DNA from: Schmidtea polychroa
Lineage: Eukaryota
NCBI GenBank assembly: GCA_044892525.1
Contig: CM097886.1
Coordinates: 177,680,312 to 177,744,082, forward strand
DNA: 63,771 nucleotides
Reading direction: 5' to 3'
Below, one piece after another: positions 52,601 to 63,771 of this stretch (positions are counted from its first letter, which is position 1; the number at the start of each line of letters is the position of its first letter). Position numbers and translations under genes: made by a program. The notes below the pieces were generated by a model. The model did not search any database, was not told where the DNA came from, and saw nothing but the letters and a program-made list of their open reading frames with translations.

Positions 52601-53505
52601 GAGACTGCGTCGAAACCGAATTGTCCCCCAAGCGACCAGATGTTGTCATCACGGGCACCAGTAAGCCCCCCACTGCTAGTCCATCCGTATCAGTCACCCT
52701 TCTGCAAGTGGCATCTTCAAGCAAACCCAAGCGAAAACAACTCTCTCGTGCAGAGCGCAAGAAGAGACAGCGCGAGCGCGCTACTACAAAGCCAAACATC
52801 CCAGCAATGGAGGACTCAACCAACGGTGGCAACTCTCACGTGTCCATCGACCTAACAACGGGACCCTCGGCACGAATCATATCAGCCGCTGGCGTAATGT
52901 GGGAAGAGAACGCTTCCGAGTTTTTCAACCTCGACGAATTATTCGCCGACGCTGAATGGGAGAAACAATAAAATCCCAGTGGCGGTCAGGATGAGGAACA
53001 AGGATCCGATCTATGTTGATTACGATGTTTTCTCTTCTTTCGATAAACGTTAGTAAAGTGTACAGCTGAATCCTTGTGTCATAACCTTGAAATTAATAAA
53101 TCTTGTTGTCTTACACGTCTTCGTTCATGAATAATTAGACTTTAATTAAGTGGGTCGAGTAGAGAACCCGCAAGATCTAGTGAGAAATTCCCAATTTGCA
53201 TTCAGCGAATCCCGATAAGCGGTTGTGTAAGGAAATGGACGTAAGCCCTTCTATCGGCAGTCGTGAATGGGAAGTCGAGGCCTCAGCAAGGAGTAGTTTT
53301 AAGGCAGAAGCTCACCTGCTTGCTGGCGTCTCGCCTGCATAGTGCAGTACCAACGTGAAGTGATTCACGGGCACTATGTTGGAAGAAAGTTATGTGGGGT
53401 TTCACTCCAGGTTGACAAATCGGTGGCACCTTTTATTCGAGATGGACAATCAACCCTTAGACCCGTCAACATGGTAGAGTGGTCAGCCGAGGTGTAACCC
53501 CAACA
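49644..53505 (+). repeat. LTR copy 3 (terminal 3' LTR; 5' start tentative)
   Basis: Same as 23432-27293 at +26212. It is followed by unique sequence GAATG... (candidate target-site duplication; the partner is outside the window). Confidence 0.55.
52219..52971 (+). CDS. 250-aa LTR-associated protein (copy 3)
   Basis: Identical translation. Confidence 0.7.
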   Translation: MLPTTKSALRPCFSCADKNTVIKDLQTQIGRYKRKIDELEGTWFSPARMKEIQKKLDRSEHCRDALISESRAQRSLIREQSEALHKVYVQAATTRKIVQIPIREADDIFPPHHNLSSNPSPPFKRPCRDCVETELSPKRPDVVITGTSKPPTASPSVSVTLLQVASSSKPKRKQLSRAERKKRQRERATTKPNIPAMEDSTNGGNSHVSIDLTTGPSARIISAAGVMWEENASEFFNLDELFADAEWEKQ

Positions 53506-54219
53506 GAATGCAGCTACAGCCGAACCAAAAAGGCCGTTGTAACCGCAAATAATTCAGTTTAAAAATATTTATCACCAACTGGGCTGGTCACCAAGAAGTA
53601 TTTTTGAGCAGATACACTACACTGTCTACAGTGCAGTCAACCACCACTCCGGGTTAATATATCATTTTACTTCTTGTATTTGCAGGTCGTGGACCTCATA
53701 TTTTAACATAGATGCTGGATTGTTTGGGATCTCGTGTTGAAATTGTCAACCACGGGGATCTCAATCAATCCTTCTAAGTCATTGAAAAGGAAATCATATA
53801 TACACATACAAAATCATATATTAACAAACAAAATCTTACTTCTTTCAACGCTGTTTAAAAATCAATTCAACAAATTAGAATAACACCAATGATTCGTCTT
53901 CACAAAGAGTGAGTTTCACCTTTGATATAGGTAGTCTTTGACACAAATAGTGATTATCACTTTTGGCGAAAAGAGAGTGTTTTGTGACTGAAATGCATCG
54001 GTATATATACCTTATTTTTGGTGTGCGAGTTTGTCTGCATATATTAGTGCAGTAAAACAAATCGGAATTATTTCAATTCTAGAATTTTTTATTTTCGATT
54101 TTTACTAATTTTCTTGGCGATTTTTTCGCAATTATTTTTATTTTATTTTTCAAAATTTTATTTTGTAATTATTTTCTGCCAAATTTGCCTCCATGATAGA
54201 TTTTGGGCATTCCCAGCGC

Positions 54220-54960
54220 ATTCCATTTTTAACTTAATCTACTTTTACTACTGGATAATGCACCTGGACATCCACCACACCTATGCGACTTACATCCGAA
54301 CATTCAAATTATGTATCTGCCTCCAAATACTACGAGTGTTTTGCAGCCCATGAATTAGGGTGCTATAGCTACATTTAAGGCCTATTATTTAAAAATTACA
54401 TTTACTCAAGCAATTATGGCTCTTGAAGATGGGATTACTTTAAAAGAATTTTGGTCAAAGTATAATATTCTTCATGGAATTAAAATCATAGCAAGTGATG
54501 GAAAGAATCAAGCCTTGTATAAGCGGAATATGGAAAAAGTTAACAAAAAGATTTGAGGAATGTACAAGTTCGTCGTTTGAAAAAGAAGTTGACATTGAGG
54601 AAATTACAGATCAGATCGTAGATCTTGGTCGGCAACTTAATCTTGAAGTTGTCAGTGAAGATATTAACCAACTCATTGCACACCAATTGGATGACCTAAC
54701 GAATGAAGATTTATTGGAATTTGAAGCACAATGTGTTGCAGAAAACGAAGATAAAAGCAAATCAGATGAAGAAGTCCACAAAAAAAATTCTCAACAAAAG
54801 AAATGAGTGCTGCTCTTACCAAATTAATAAGGGAATGTTAAAATTACAACAAATGGATGCAAATGAAGAGCGATTCTCAGAAATAAATAGGCTGATTCAG
54901 GAAAATTTGGCTCGAAACTAGTCTACTATTGGGATTTGCACTGGGTATCACAAAGCTTTT
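54220..54960 (+). pseudogene. Degenerate pogo/Tigger (DDE_1) transposase, C-terminal half
   Basis: LLLLDNAPGHP...YLPPNTTSVLQPMN*GAIATFKAYY (stop at 54356), then a frameshift into IWKKL...EITDQIVDLGRQLNLEV..D...LTNEDLLEFE. Confidence 0.85.
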
Positions 54961-56253
54961 GCTGTTTACATCCGTAAAAAAAAATTTACACATTATAAAA
55001 AATATTAATACATTAGCTAATTTTAACCAAACCTTCAAAATCCGGGGCGTAAAATAAAAAAACACTCCCAATTGCTGTATTTAATTCCAAAATTTTTAGT
55101 AACATTAAATTAAGCTTTTTTTCAAAAACCAAAATAGATTAAAATAAAAATATAATTTTGAACAAAATAACAATGAAGTTTTATATTATATTAATGACAA
55201 AAATTATAAAGATGAATACAATATCTCATACGATATGCTCCATTATCATTATACCACTTGACCGTAAAGGATCTCTCGATTAAGCCTTCTAATCATGAAG
55301 CCATTGAATATTATGAACAAAAGCTGAAAAGAAAATTAAAGATTAATAGATCCAAATTATGACATTCCCATTAGTTGAGATATTCTGAATTTCTTCTCGT
55401 TTAAAAACAATTGCGGTTGGCATTTAAGCATTTTAGCAGATGTAATAACAGCATTTAACTTTTCCATCTTAATGAATGATTTTTCCGTTTGTATTTCAGC
55501 AATCTCAACCCTTTTCTCTAAGCCACCAAGATCGAATTTTCAGCACTTTTCCAATCGCAATTTTACATTCGGAAAACATCAAAATGTTTCTTTACAATTT
55601 TTATCATTATACATAATATGAAATTAATTTATAATCAATGTTTGGAATTTAAATTTAAAGATTTTTAAATATAATTTAAAATCAATAAATGATTTTAATT
55701 TAGTTCTACATTTGAATTTTGTATAATTTATTTATAGCAAATTTAGAAAGAAGTTCTCTAGGCTCAATACTTGACTTTTCCAGGGTTTTTGTGGCTCCAG
55801 ACAAATAAGTAGAGATTTTTTGTTTCACAGTAGTATCAGAGTAAATATCAACATTATCAATTGCAAATATTGATTTTCTAATAATACACAATAAAGGTGA
55901 AATATTTCAAGTACATTTTATAGCTGCACTGGATGATGAATATCTGTTAAAATGAATTATTATACACAACCGCAAAAATGCTGATGAAATGAAATTTTTA
56001 TCTTAATAATTTTTATAATAAAAAAATAATTAAAAAAATCAATAAAAATTGATAATAAATATAAATAAAAATTAATAATAAATAAAATAAAAATTAATTA
56101 AAAAATCAATAATTAATATAAATATAAAATTTAAAAATAAAAAAAATCAATAAAAATTGATAATAAATATAAATAAAAATTAATAAAAATTGACAATAAA
56201 TATAAATAAAAAATTAAATTTTAATAATAAAAAAATAAAAATTGTAAACTCAC

Positions 56254-56722
56254 TAAAATGAAACTTAAAACGAATATTGAAATAGATAAGAAATACAGCA
56301 TTTTCGATACGACATCTCGTAAAATATTCCAACATCCCTGAAAATTGAAATAAGAAAAGGAAAGAAGAACTCAGAATACTTTGCTATATATAAATTGACT
56401 ATGATCCTCTGGCCTTGAAAGTGAACAAGCTGTGATATTAAGGAAATGCTCATTTCCTCTAGTACAGCAAGACAACGGCACCTCGCCTTCTTTCGGAAAT
56501 TCATTTGTTGGCGAATTGTACCATTTTGTAGACTTATAATCGGCGCCACTGTCAATTCCACAGCATTGGTGCTACAAATACACATTGACAATATATTTAT
56601 TCATCACTATTTCAGTCGATTACTTTCGGTTGGAATTCATCCCATAATCTTGAGTAGCTACCGTCAATTCCGTATTTATTGACGAATTCCTTTCTCAAAT
56701 GGCTAATGACTGTGTTTTGGAC
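56254..56722 (-). CDS. Host tetraspanin, three phase-0 exons (56722-56624, 56571-56380, 56337-56254) encoding the large extracellular loop and start of TM4
   Basis: The spliced product reads ...SRLWDEFQPK|HQCCGIDSGADY...W...VPLSCC...C...IYSK|GCWNIL... with CCG, PxSCC and GC motifs; GT-AG introns of 52 and 42 nt. Other exons were not resolved. Confidence 0.85.
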
Positions 56723-57379
56723 CTACACACATTAGGACGATAAATAAACTCGGATTCAACTAGTTCAAAATAAAAGTTTCCTTTCTGAGAAATGCTGATA
56801 TCAAAATCCCTCCTAAATACTCTTCTACTTAATTACCATTTAATGCTATCTTTCCTATCTTCCCTACAAATTCCTCAATATACCATCTATATATTATCTA
56901 TGACACTTATCTAATTGTATATTGTTAAATTTGACAACGTCTGATTGATAAACGAAATCAACACCATAATTTTTGAAAACTAGAAACAATTAAAATTCTT
57001 TTTATTGTAATTAAAGATTGACAAGGACTATCTTATAGTTGAAATTTTTTTCATTAAATACATTATTCGCAGCAAAAGGCTTAAATTATCACTTTATTGT
57101 TGTAATTAAATTAATTAATATATTTTTAATTTCAAAATCGAATAATCAATTTTATAAATTTATACAAAATTTTGTACAATGCGATGTTTAATTACCATAA
57201 TTTTCTTTATTTAATTTTAATTTGCTCTTAATCCACAAATTTTACCATATCTTCATTGACCAAACACCAAATCAGATTAAAGAAAGACAAAGAACAGCTC
57301 TCCCCTAAATACTGATTTACTAGAAAAGAAAGATTTTCAACTTCGCAGCAGGTCATTCAGAACTAAAATAATATTCGCA

Positions 57380-57830
57380 GGATTAAAAAGGTGGAAATGA
57401 AGCGCTAGATAAACAACTGGCAGATTGGGTTAAAGTTCTTAGGATAGGGATTTTATTATTACCGAAAATCTTTTCAAAATTAAGGCGATTGAGTTTCCCA
57501 AGAGTTTTAAAATTTTAAATTTTGTAGCCAGTAATGGATGACTCTAGATTCATAACGAGAAACAATATTGAATTAAGAGTTCTGGTTGGCGAGACGTGCG
57601 AGTTTTATATATCTAAATGCACTGCTACGATTAATATATTAAAAAGTAAGTTAGAAAAATACGAGATGAGAAATATATTTAATATCGGTGGAAAAGATTC
57701 AGTTAAACTATATTTGGTACGAGGGTCGCCTTCATAAGGCGTTTGAGCCAAAGAAGAAATTAGCCATCGATCTGGCCGCCACGCTACAGTATAGAAAAAG
57801 AAACGACTGGGTCACTGAATTTTTTGGAAA
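57380..57830 (+). pseudogene. Degenerate pogo/Tigger transposase, CENP-B-type HTH region
   Basis: EALDKQLADWV...KAIEF...FVASNG*L/SRFITRNNIELRVLVGE...KYEMRNIFN, with stops and frameshifts. Confidence 0.7.
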
Positions 57831-58415
57831 GATAAAGAAACTGGTTGACAATATTCAGTGACACAAGTTAACAACGCCTGACAACATAAAATTTAAGACA
57901 GAAACAAAGAAAGAATTAAAATTTAGAGAGTTGAAATCTTTGCAAACAGCTAAAAAAGTTATTATAAAGATGGAGATCCAGAAAGAATTATCTAATGAGC
58001 AGTTATGGACTTCGCTATACGAAAGGAAGTCATATGCAGAATTGGTTAGAAAATCACAACCAAATTCAAACTAGTTTTTAATACACAGCCGGAATTCAAG
58101 ATCTGATTAAGCCAAAAGTAGAGGAAAATACAATAACAAAAAATAACTTTGAAGATCAGAGAAAATTCGTGTAGGTATTTGGATAGAAAATAAAATTAAG
58201 ATAGTGTTTCCAAGATACTGGAGCTAAAACAAATGTTATTATGAGAATATTATCGAAAGGTTGAGAATGTTAGATAAAATAGGAAAATATAACACGAGAG
58301 TCACTTGTAATAAGAAACAGAAAAAGAAAGAACTTAGAATATATATTATAAGAACTTTTTCATTCAATTTCACCACTGATTTCGTTTTCCATTTAATTTA
58401 ATAAAAAGAGCTTGA

Positions 58416-58417
<2 letters not shown>

Positions 58418-58466
<49 letters not shown>
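58418..58466. repeat. (TA)n microsatellite, ~24 units
   Basis: Directly visible. Confidence 0.97.
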
Positions 58467-58469
<3 letters not shown>

Positions 58470-60049
58470 TGACTTTGATTTTTTGTGCACAAGCTGTGAT
58501 ATTTATATCGACTCCCAGATGAGAAAGTTAATTGATAAAAATGCGGTAGTTTTTATGAAACACAAATGTGTTCGGTTTATCTATTAATGAGTCAGTTAAT
58601 CTCTGTCTGCTTGTGTTCCATTTTATAAACCAAATGACTAACACTCAACACAGAACAAATTTATTGACTCTCGATACAATTTACTAAATCGTCACAATAT
58701 TTGAACTTCTCTTTCCAAAATAAATTCTGACGCTTAAGAAAGAGAAAACCCAATGAGTAATCGTCCTTTGGTAATTCCATTTTAGTAAACAACTTGCAAT
58801 TCATCACTTTTTCAACTCTCTTTTTATACTGTTGTTAAGATGATAATTCGAGTGATATCGGGGAACTATTTCCGAATTTCCATTATAATTGTTATAATAA
58901 TAAATTAATCTTGCCAGTCTTTCCACCTCACACTTGGGTCGCTTTTGTCAACAATTATTTTGGTGATTATTTGGGATTCCGACATAATTCGGCTATTTAC
59001 ACATCTCGGGCTTCCCATTAGCAAATTAATTAATTTTATTTTTGGGTTCGTATCACGATTTGGCATTCAGCCATACCTTTCAGATATAAGAATGTCTAGA
59101 TTTTCGGGGATTAAGTTCCATAACGGAAAGAAATTATGGATATACTTAGTGGTGCACAAATCTTTAGTAGTAATGATATTGGTAATGCATAAAGAATCGA
59201 AACTTAAAACAGTCTTTCTACAAAAGCTGGACAATATTGTAAGCCGCATATTATTTGGAATCGCAGTTGCTTGCTCCAGTTACTTTTCAAAAATTAAAGA
59301 CCGAAGTGTTGCGTAATCTTTTCTGGAAAGAAGCAGCGATTTACTTGGAATCCTCGTACCGAGTTCAGACAACAACAAGCGAAATACCGACGTGGTCAAC
59401 TTAAGTGTAAGCCCTGTATACGAAAACAGCAAGAAAGGTACAGTTTAGATCTACCTATAACCCATTACAGTGAAATTTACAATAAATGATTCAGCATAAT
59501 GAAAGTATATTCCAACTACCAAGCTTTAACTTGTACAGAAATAGTTGAATAACAAGAGCATATATTTTTAACATCAGTAAGTTCCTCTTTGATCTAGTTA
59601 ACTCCTTTGGAACTGTATTTTATGTTTTTTTCCTTCTTATTTAACATTAAAGATAAATTATATTCTCAATAAATTTTGAATTAAATGATTAATTAAAATA
59701 ATGAATTACATTCAAATAAATATCAATAAATAAATTAAGCCTTTGGCTGCGAATTATATATTTAAGTTTAATTTTTTATCTTTTTCCTTTTTCCTACTTC
59801 TCATTGGTTAAAAATAATAAAATTTTTCTCTGAAAAATTTAAAATTTAAAATTTTTAAAGCTTCTATAATTATCTCATAGAAACCTACTTTAATAAATAA
59901 TATCTTAAAATATTTATAAAATATAGTTTCCAATAACTATTTATATACGCAATTTAAATACGTTTAAAAATGTTTCTATTTTGATTTTTATTCCTAATTA
60001 TCTTTTAAAAGTATATTTGATCTATTTATTTCTATATTATTTTAAACCT

Positions 60050-62086
60050 ATTATTTTTTAATTTAATTTTTTAAAGGCTATTCTCAAAGTCAAAAATAAC
60101 AAATCAAACTGATGATTTCACTGATCTCTTCTTTAGTATTACTGTTGACCGCCTGTTTATTATGAAAATTGCTTCTTTGAATCTGATATTTTTTGGATCT
60201 TTCCATTGGCTAAAATTTTGATTGAAATATTTTTTCTTTCCTTCCTTGGTTGACATTGTTGGAGATGCCTGTTTACCGAGGATTTTCCACCAGGATCTAG
60301 ATGTTCTTTAACTCTTTGGTGCAAGGTCTTCTTTTTTGTGTTAATTCCCTAGGTCTTCTTGGGGTGGAATTCATTTTTTCAATGTCCTCACCTTGATATC
60401 CGTTTCTATGTAGGATTTAATTGAAATTTGATTGTTGTTTATAGTTCTCGTTTTCTTCAGTACATCTACTGGCTATCTTTGTACTTTCTGTAAGTATGGA
60501 AGCTCTGATCTTTGGTGCATAAACATTTCTTTGCGAGCTGTTTTTCTGTAGAACCCGTATGTTGGAGTATTTGCTTTATTTTTAATTCTCAAATCCAATA
60601 ATTTGAGGGATCCATCTTCTTCCGGATATTCGATTTCGAACTTAATATCTCGATGAGCCGCATTGAATGTATGAAATATTTCCTCCGCTTCTTTTCTGCT
60701 CTTGGTCCTGATAAAGATATCATCTACATATCTTGCATAGAAACCGATGAATTATACGGTCCTCATTGTTTATCGTTCGAGGTTATCCATAAAGATGATT
60801 GCTAGCAGTCCTGATATGCTAGAACCCATAGGCAGACCTTTAAATTGTTTATAGACATTTTGTTCAAAGGTAAAATAGGTGTTCTCGAGGATAACAGTAA
60901 GTAGTTTGGTGATATTCTCGGTATTCATTTCCTTTATTAACAAGTTGCTTTCTCTTAATTTCTTTTCTAAACATTTAATATCATCTTTTGGTTCGATAGA
61001 TGTGTATAGTGATACGACATCAAGACTGAATGGGTATTTGAATTCTCTGTGAGTAGTTCTGTTTATATTTAATCTTGTCATGAGGCAGTTGCTGCTTAGC
61101 AGATGATGTGGTATCGTGTCCAATAATGGTTTCAACATCTTTGAAGGGAGCCAACTCGTTTGAGTTGTTGGCCCATTTGTATTGGATACTATTGACCTAA
61201 TTTATAAGTTTTTATTAGTTGGTAGAAGTTGGGAAACATCGGAATTTTTTGTAACGAAGCTTTTGTTTATTCTGTTATTGAGGCCCATTTCCACAGCAAT
61301 GGTTTTCCATACTTTGTTGATCTCATTTCGATGGTGTTTGCTGACATGCGGTTAACTTTCTTGTATGTGCCGATGTTGTCAAGGTATTCGCAATCTGCTT
61401 CATAGTAACGGTTTTTCTCTATAATGCAAAATCCGCTCCCCTTGTCACTTAGTAAATAAGCGTATGGTTTCCTTTTAAGGGATTTTAATATTGCTTGTTC
61501 ATTTTTCGTTAGGTTTGAGAGATATTGTTTCCTTTTTCTTTCTCAACTTTATGATTTTGCGACAAACCTTTGAAGGTGTCGAATCTAATTCTGCATCAGG
61601 ATTTGGTTGATAAAGTTTATCTGTGTTTATACCTTGTCTTTGTACCTCATAGATAAATTCTTTTGGGTGGTTATTCAAATACGTTTTCAAAATGTTTTCT
61701 TGATTCTTTTGTTCCCGATGAGTTTTTCCGCACATACTTCTAATTAAATTTGTTAAAATATATTTTTTGATGTTTTGATCTTTGTTGAGAATCTGAGATA
61801 AGTGGATGTTGTCAACTGTTGTAGGATAGATCTTTGTTTCCTTACAACGGCGAAGAAAATTTATTTGGCAGAACAATTTCGCAATTTTCTCGTTGATTCT
61901 CACTAAATTTTTAAGTATTTTGCCCGGCTCAGGCCATTTGAAAGTATAAAGTGATAATTTCCTGGTAGCAACATTTATTAAATTTAAAACAATTAAATGA
62001 TAATTATTTATTAATTTAAGAGTTTTGCTGCGAATAATAAATTCCAGGAAATTGACAAGGGCGAAAATAGTCGAAAATTTTTTCAT
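60050..62086 (-). mobile_element. Degenerate Penelope-like retroelement (RT and end of GIY-YIG domain), adjacent to the gap
   Basis: SLDVVSLYTSI, FTFEQNVYKQFKGLPMGSSISGLLAIIFM, RYVDD (60719-60730), KEAIFII (~60150-60180) and N-terminal FLRRCKETKIYP; multiple frameshifts. Confidence 0.85.
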
Positions 62087-62118
62087 TTGTATTAAACATG
62101 TTTCGCAGCAAGGCTTAA

Positions 62119-62297
62119 NNNNNNNNNNNNNNNNNNNNNNNNNNNNNNNNNNNNNNNNNNNNNNNNNNNNNNNNNNNNNNNNNNNNNNNNNNNNNNNNNN
62201 NNNNNNNNNNNNNNNNNNNNNNNNNNNNNNNNNNNNNNNNNNNNNNNNNNNNNNNNNNNNNNNNNNNNNNNNNNNNNNNNNNNNNNNNNNNNNNNNN
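62119..62297. other. Assembly gap (179 N)
   Basis: Run of N. Confidence 0.99.
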
Positions 62298-62311
62298 TTA
62301 ATTTATTATTA

Positions 62312-63771
62312 TAGGGTTTTCCGACCTATTTAGACACTTTAACGATCAAATTAGACATTTCAAAAAAGTGATATATATTTCACAATCAATTTAGACAATT
62401 TTCCAATCAATTTAGACAATCAATTAAAGAATACTTATTAAAAAATTTAAAATATGTCTACATTCCCTCTGCATTTGATACCCATGAATAATAACGAAGA
62501 AACAGCGGTAAATGACGTAAATGACCGGCACATAAACAATAACGTTATTGACACAAACGAGCCATCATCCCCGGGGGTGAATGCTGTGAGGGACGAATCA
62601 AATAATGCCTCTGTTGAATTGGAAACGACTGTCAGTGTAGATTCGAGTGTAAAAAAGTATGATACAATTGACCAGCACGCAAGAGAGCGTGTGATTTCGC
62701 TTTATTCTCAGAACATTACGATTTCCAGCATATCTGAAATGGTCGCAATTAAAAGAACAAGTGTATGTAATATCGTAAAAAGATGGGAATCTGAAGGAAG
62801 AATAACACCACTGAAAAGGGGCGGCGATAAAAGATCGAAATTGACGCCGAGTGAAAAACAAACTATTAAAGAATGGGTTGATGAAAACCCAATTCTGACA
62901 CTGAAAAACTTGGTTGAGATGACGATAAATAATATTGGGAAAAATGTATCTATCCCCACCATTGATCGTTGTTTACGCAATTTCCATTATACTTTGAAAT
63001 GCGTAACACTTTCACCGGTTAAGAGAAACGATCCTACGACATTGGAGAAGAAAAAAAAAAGACGTATCTACGCTGAGAGATTTTTAAGTATGCTTTTAAA
63101 TAATGATGATAAAGCATTTGTATTTGTGGATGAAGTTGGGTTCCAGGTTTGCACAAGAGTCAAACGGGGGAGGAGTTTAGTTGGTACAAGTGTCATTGTA
63201 AATACACCGGCGACAAGATCTCGCAACATTTCCGTTATTGCAGCAGTATCAAAGTATGGAACTCTAAAGTATGAAATAAATCCAGGTCCTATAAACGGGG
63301 AGAAATTTTTGAGTTATATGGTAGAGTTAAACAATTTATCGATAAACAAAGGAATTACAGATCCAATTTTTATCATCGACAACGCTCGTATACATCATTG
63401 TGCTCGTTTTATTTCCATATGTGAAGCTGAAAACATCAAAGTTGTATATCTACCCCCCTACTCTCCATTTCTTAACATTATTGAGAATTGTTTCAGTAAA
63501 TGGAAGAATCATGTGCTCAGAGGTAATGCAAACAACGAAAATGAATTAAATGATTTGATTATGGCAGGATTTGACATCCTAACAAGCGAAGATTGTGGAG
63601 GGTATTTCAGGAGAATGTTAACTTATATCGAAAGAAGTAAAAATATGGAATTGATATATGAATAAAAATGTTGTGGATTTGCCAAACTTATTCTTAATTT
63701 TATTGTCTAAATTGATTGTGAAATATATATCACTTTTTTGAAATGTCTAATTTGATCGTTAAAGTGTCTAA
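62312..63771 (+). mobile_element. Tc1/IS630-superfamily DNA transposon with TIRs (right end cut by window)
   Basis: 62330-62399 is the exact 70-bp reverse complement of 63702-63771; TTAGACA direct repeats inside the TIR; left end probably after a TA at ~62310-62313. Confidence 0.92.
62454..63665 (+). CDS. DD34E Tc1-type transposase, 403 aa, intact
   Basis: N-terminal HTH; FVDEVGF; FIIDNARIH...LPPYSPFLNIIE with 34 residues between D and E. Confidence 0.93.
   Translation: MSTFPLHLIPMNNNEETAVNDVNDRHINNNVIDTNEPSSPGVNAVRDESNNASVELETTVSVDSSVKKYDTIDQHARERVISLYSQNITISSISEMVAIKRTSVCNIVKRWESEGRITPLKRGGDKRSKLTPSEKQTIKEWVDENPILTLKNLVEMTINNIGKNVSIPTIDRCLRNFHYTLKCVTLSPVKRNDPTTLEKKKKRRIYAERFLSMLLNNDDKAFVFVDEVGFQVCTRVKRGRSLVGTSVIVNTPATRSRNISVIAAVSKYGTLKYEINPGPINGEKFLSYMVELNNLSINKGITDPIFIIDNARIHHCARFISICEAENIKVVYLPPYSPFLNIIENCFSKWKNHVLRGNANNENELNDLIMAGFDILTSEDCGGYFRRMLTYIERSKNMELIYE

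Larger units (their letters stand above)
1..53505 (+). mobile_element. Tandem array (2.04 units, period 26,212 bp) of a giant env-bearing Ty3/Gypsy LTR retroelement, LTR-int-LTR-int-LTR
   Basis: All ORFs from 59 to ~26759 recur at +26212 with identical translations (e.g. 4534/30746, 18993/45205). A third partial copy ends at 53505, where the sequence diverges (CAACA|TGATT vs CAACA|GAATG). PR-RT-RH-IN order is Ty3/Gypsy. Confidence 0.95.

Noticed and set aside
55330-55890. Minus-strand coding-like fragments (KISTYLSGATKTLEK..., FDLGGLEKRVEIAEI...)
   Set aside because: Could be host exons, but no recognisable family and no consistent splice path could be built.
58945-59316. 123-aa ORF, or LINE 3' fragment (FFPLWNLIP on the minus strand)
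   Set aside because: Only a faint resemblance to non-LTR RT C-termini; insufficient to call.
62025-62333. 102-aa ORF
   Set aside because: Artefact of translating through the N gap.

Overview
Positions 1-53505 are a head-to-tail array of one giant Ty3/Gypsy (Metaviridae-like) LTR retroelement with an exact 26,212-bp period, read as LTR(partial)-internal-LTR-internal-LTR. The 3' LTR end (...CCCCAACA at 1081/27293/53505) and a tRNA-Pro-type PBS are visible; the LTR start is tentative (23432, giving a ~3.9-kb LTR and a ~30-kb element). Each unit has one uninterrupted 4617-aa ORF in the unusual order Gag (3 zinc knuckles) - 3 ubiquitin-like domains - Bcl-2-like domain - signal peptide/chuvirus-G-like Env - PR - RT - RNase H - IN - duplicated ankyrin module - second type-I membrane protein. 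Seven accessory ORFs accompany it: an IAP-type RING protein, a full-length intronless TRAF, three coiled-coil proteins, a small membrane protein and an LTR-encoded candidate transactivator. Every accessory start codon sits 1-5 nt after a splice-acceptor-like AG and most ORFs are followed by AATAAA. My main hypothesis is an enveloped, complex-retrovirus-like element carrying a cell-death/NF-kB/ubiquitin modulation cassette expressed by splicing. It resembles the giant Burro elements of planarians, but host identity is inference only. The two copies appear identical, so an assembly artefact is not excluded. The flank (53506-63771) is AT-rich animal DNA with two pogo/Tigger remnants, three tetraspanin exons (minus strand), a degenerate Penelope-like element, a 179-N gap and an apparently intact DD34E Tc1-type transposon cut by the window edge. 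All domain calls are by eye, with no database search.
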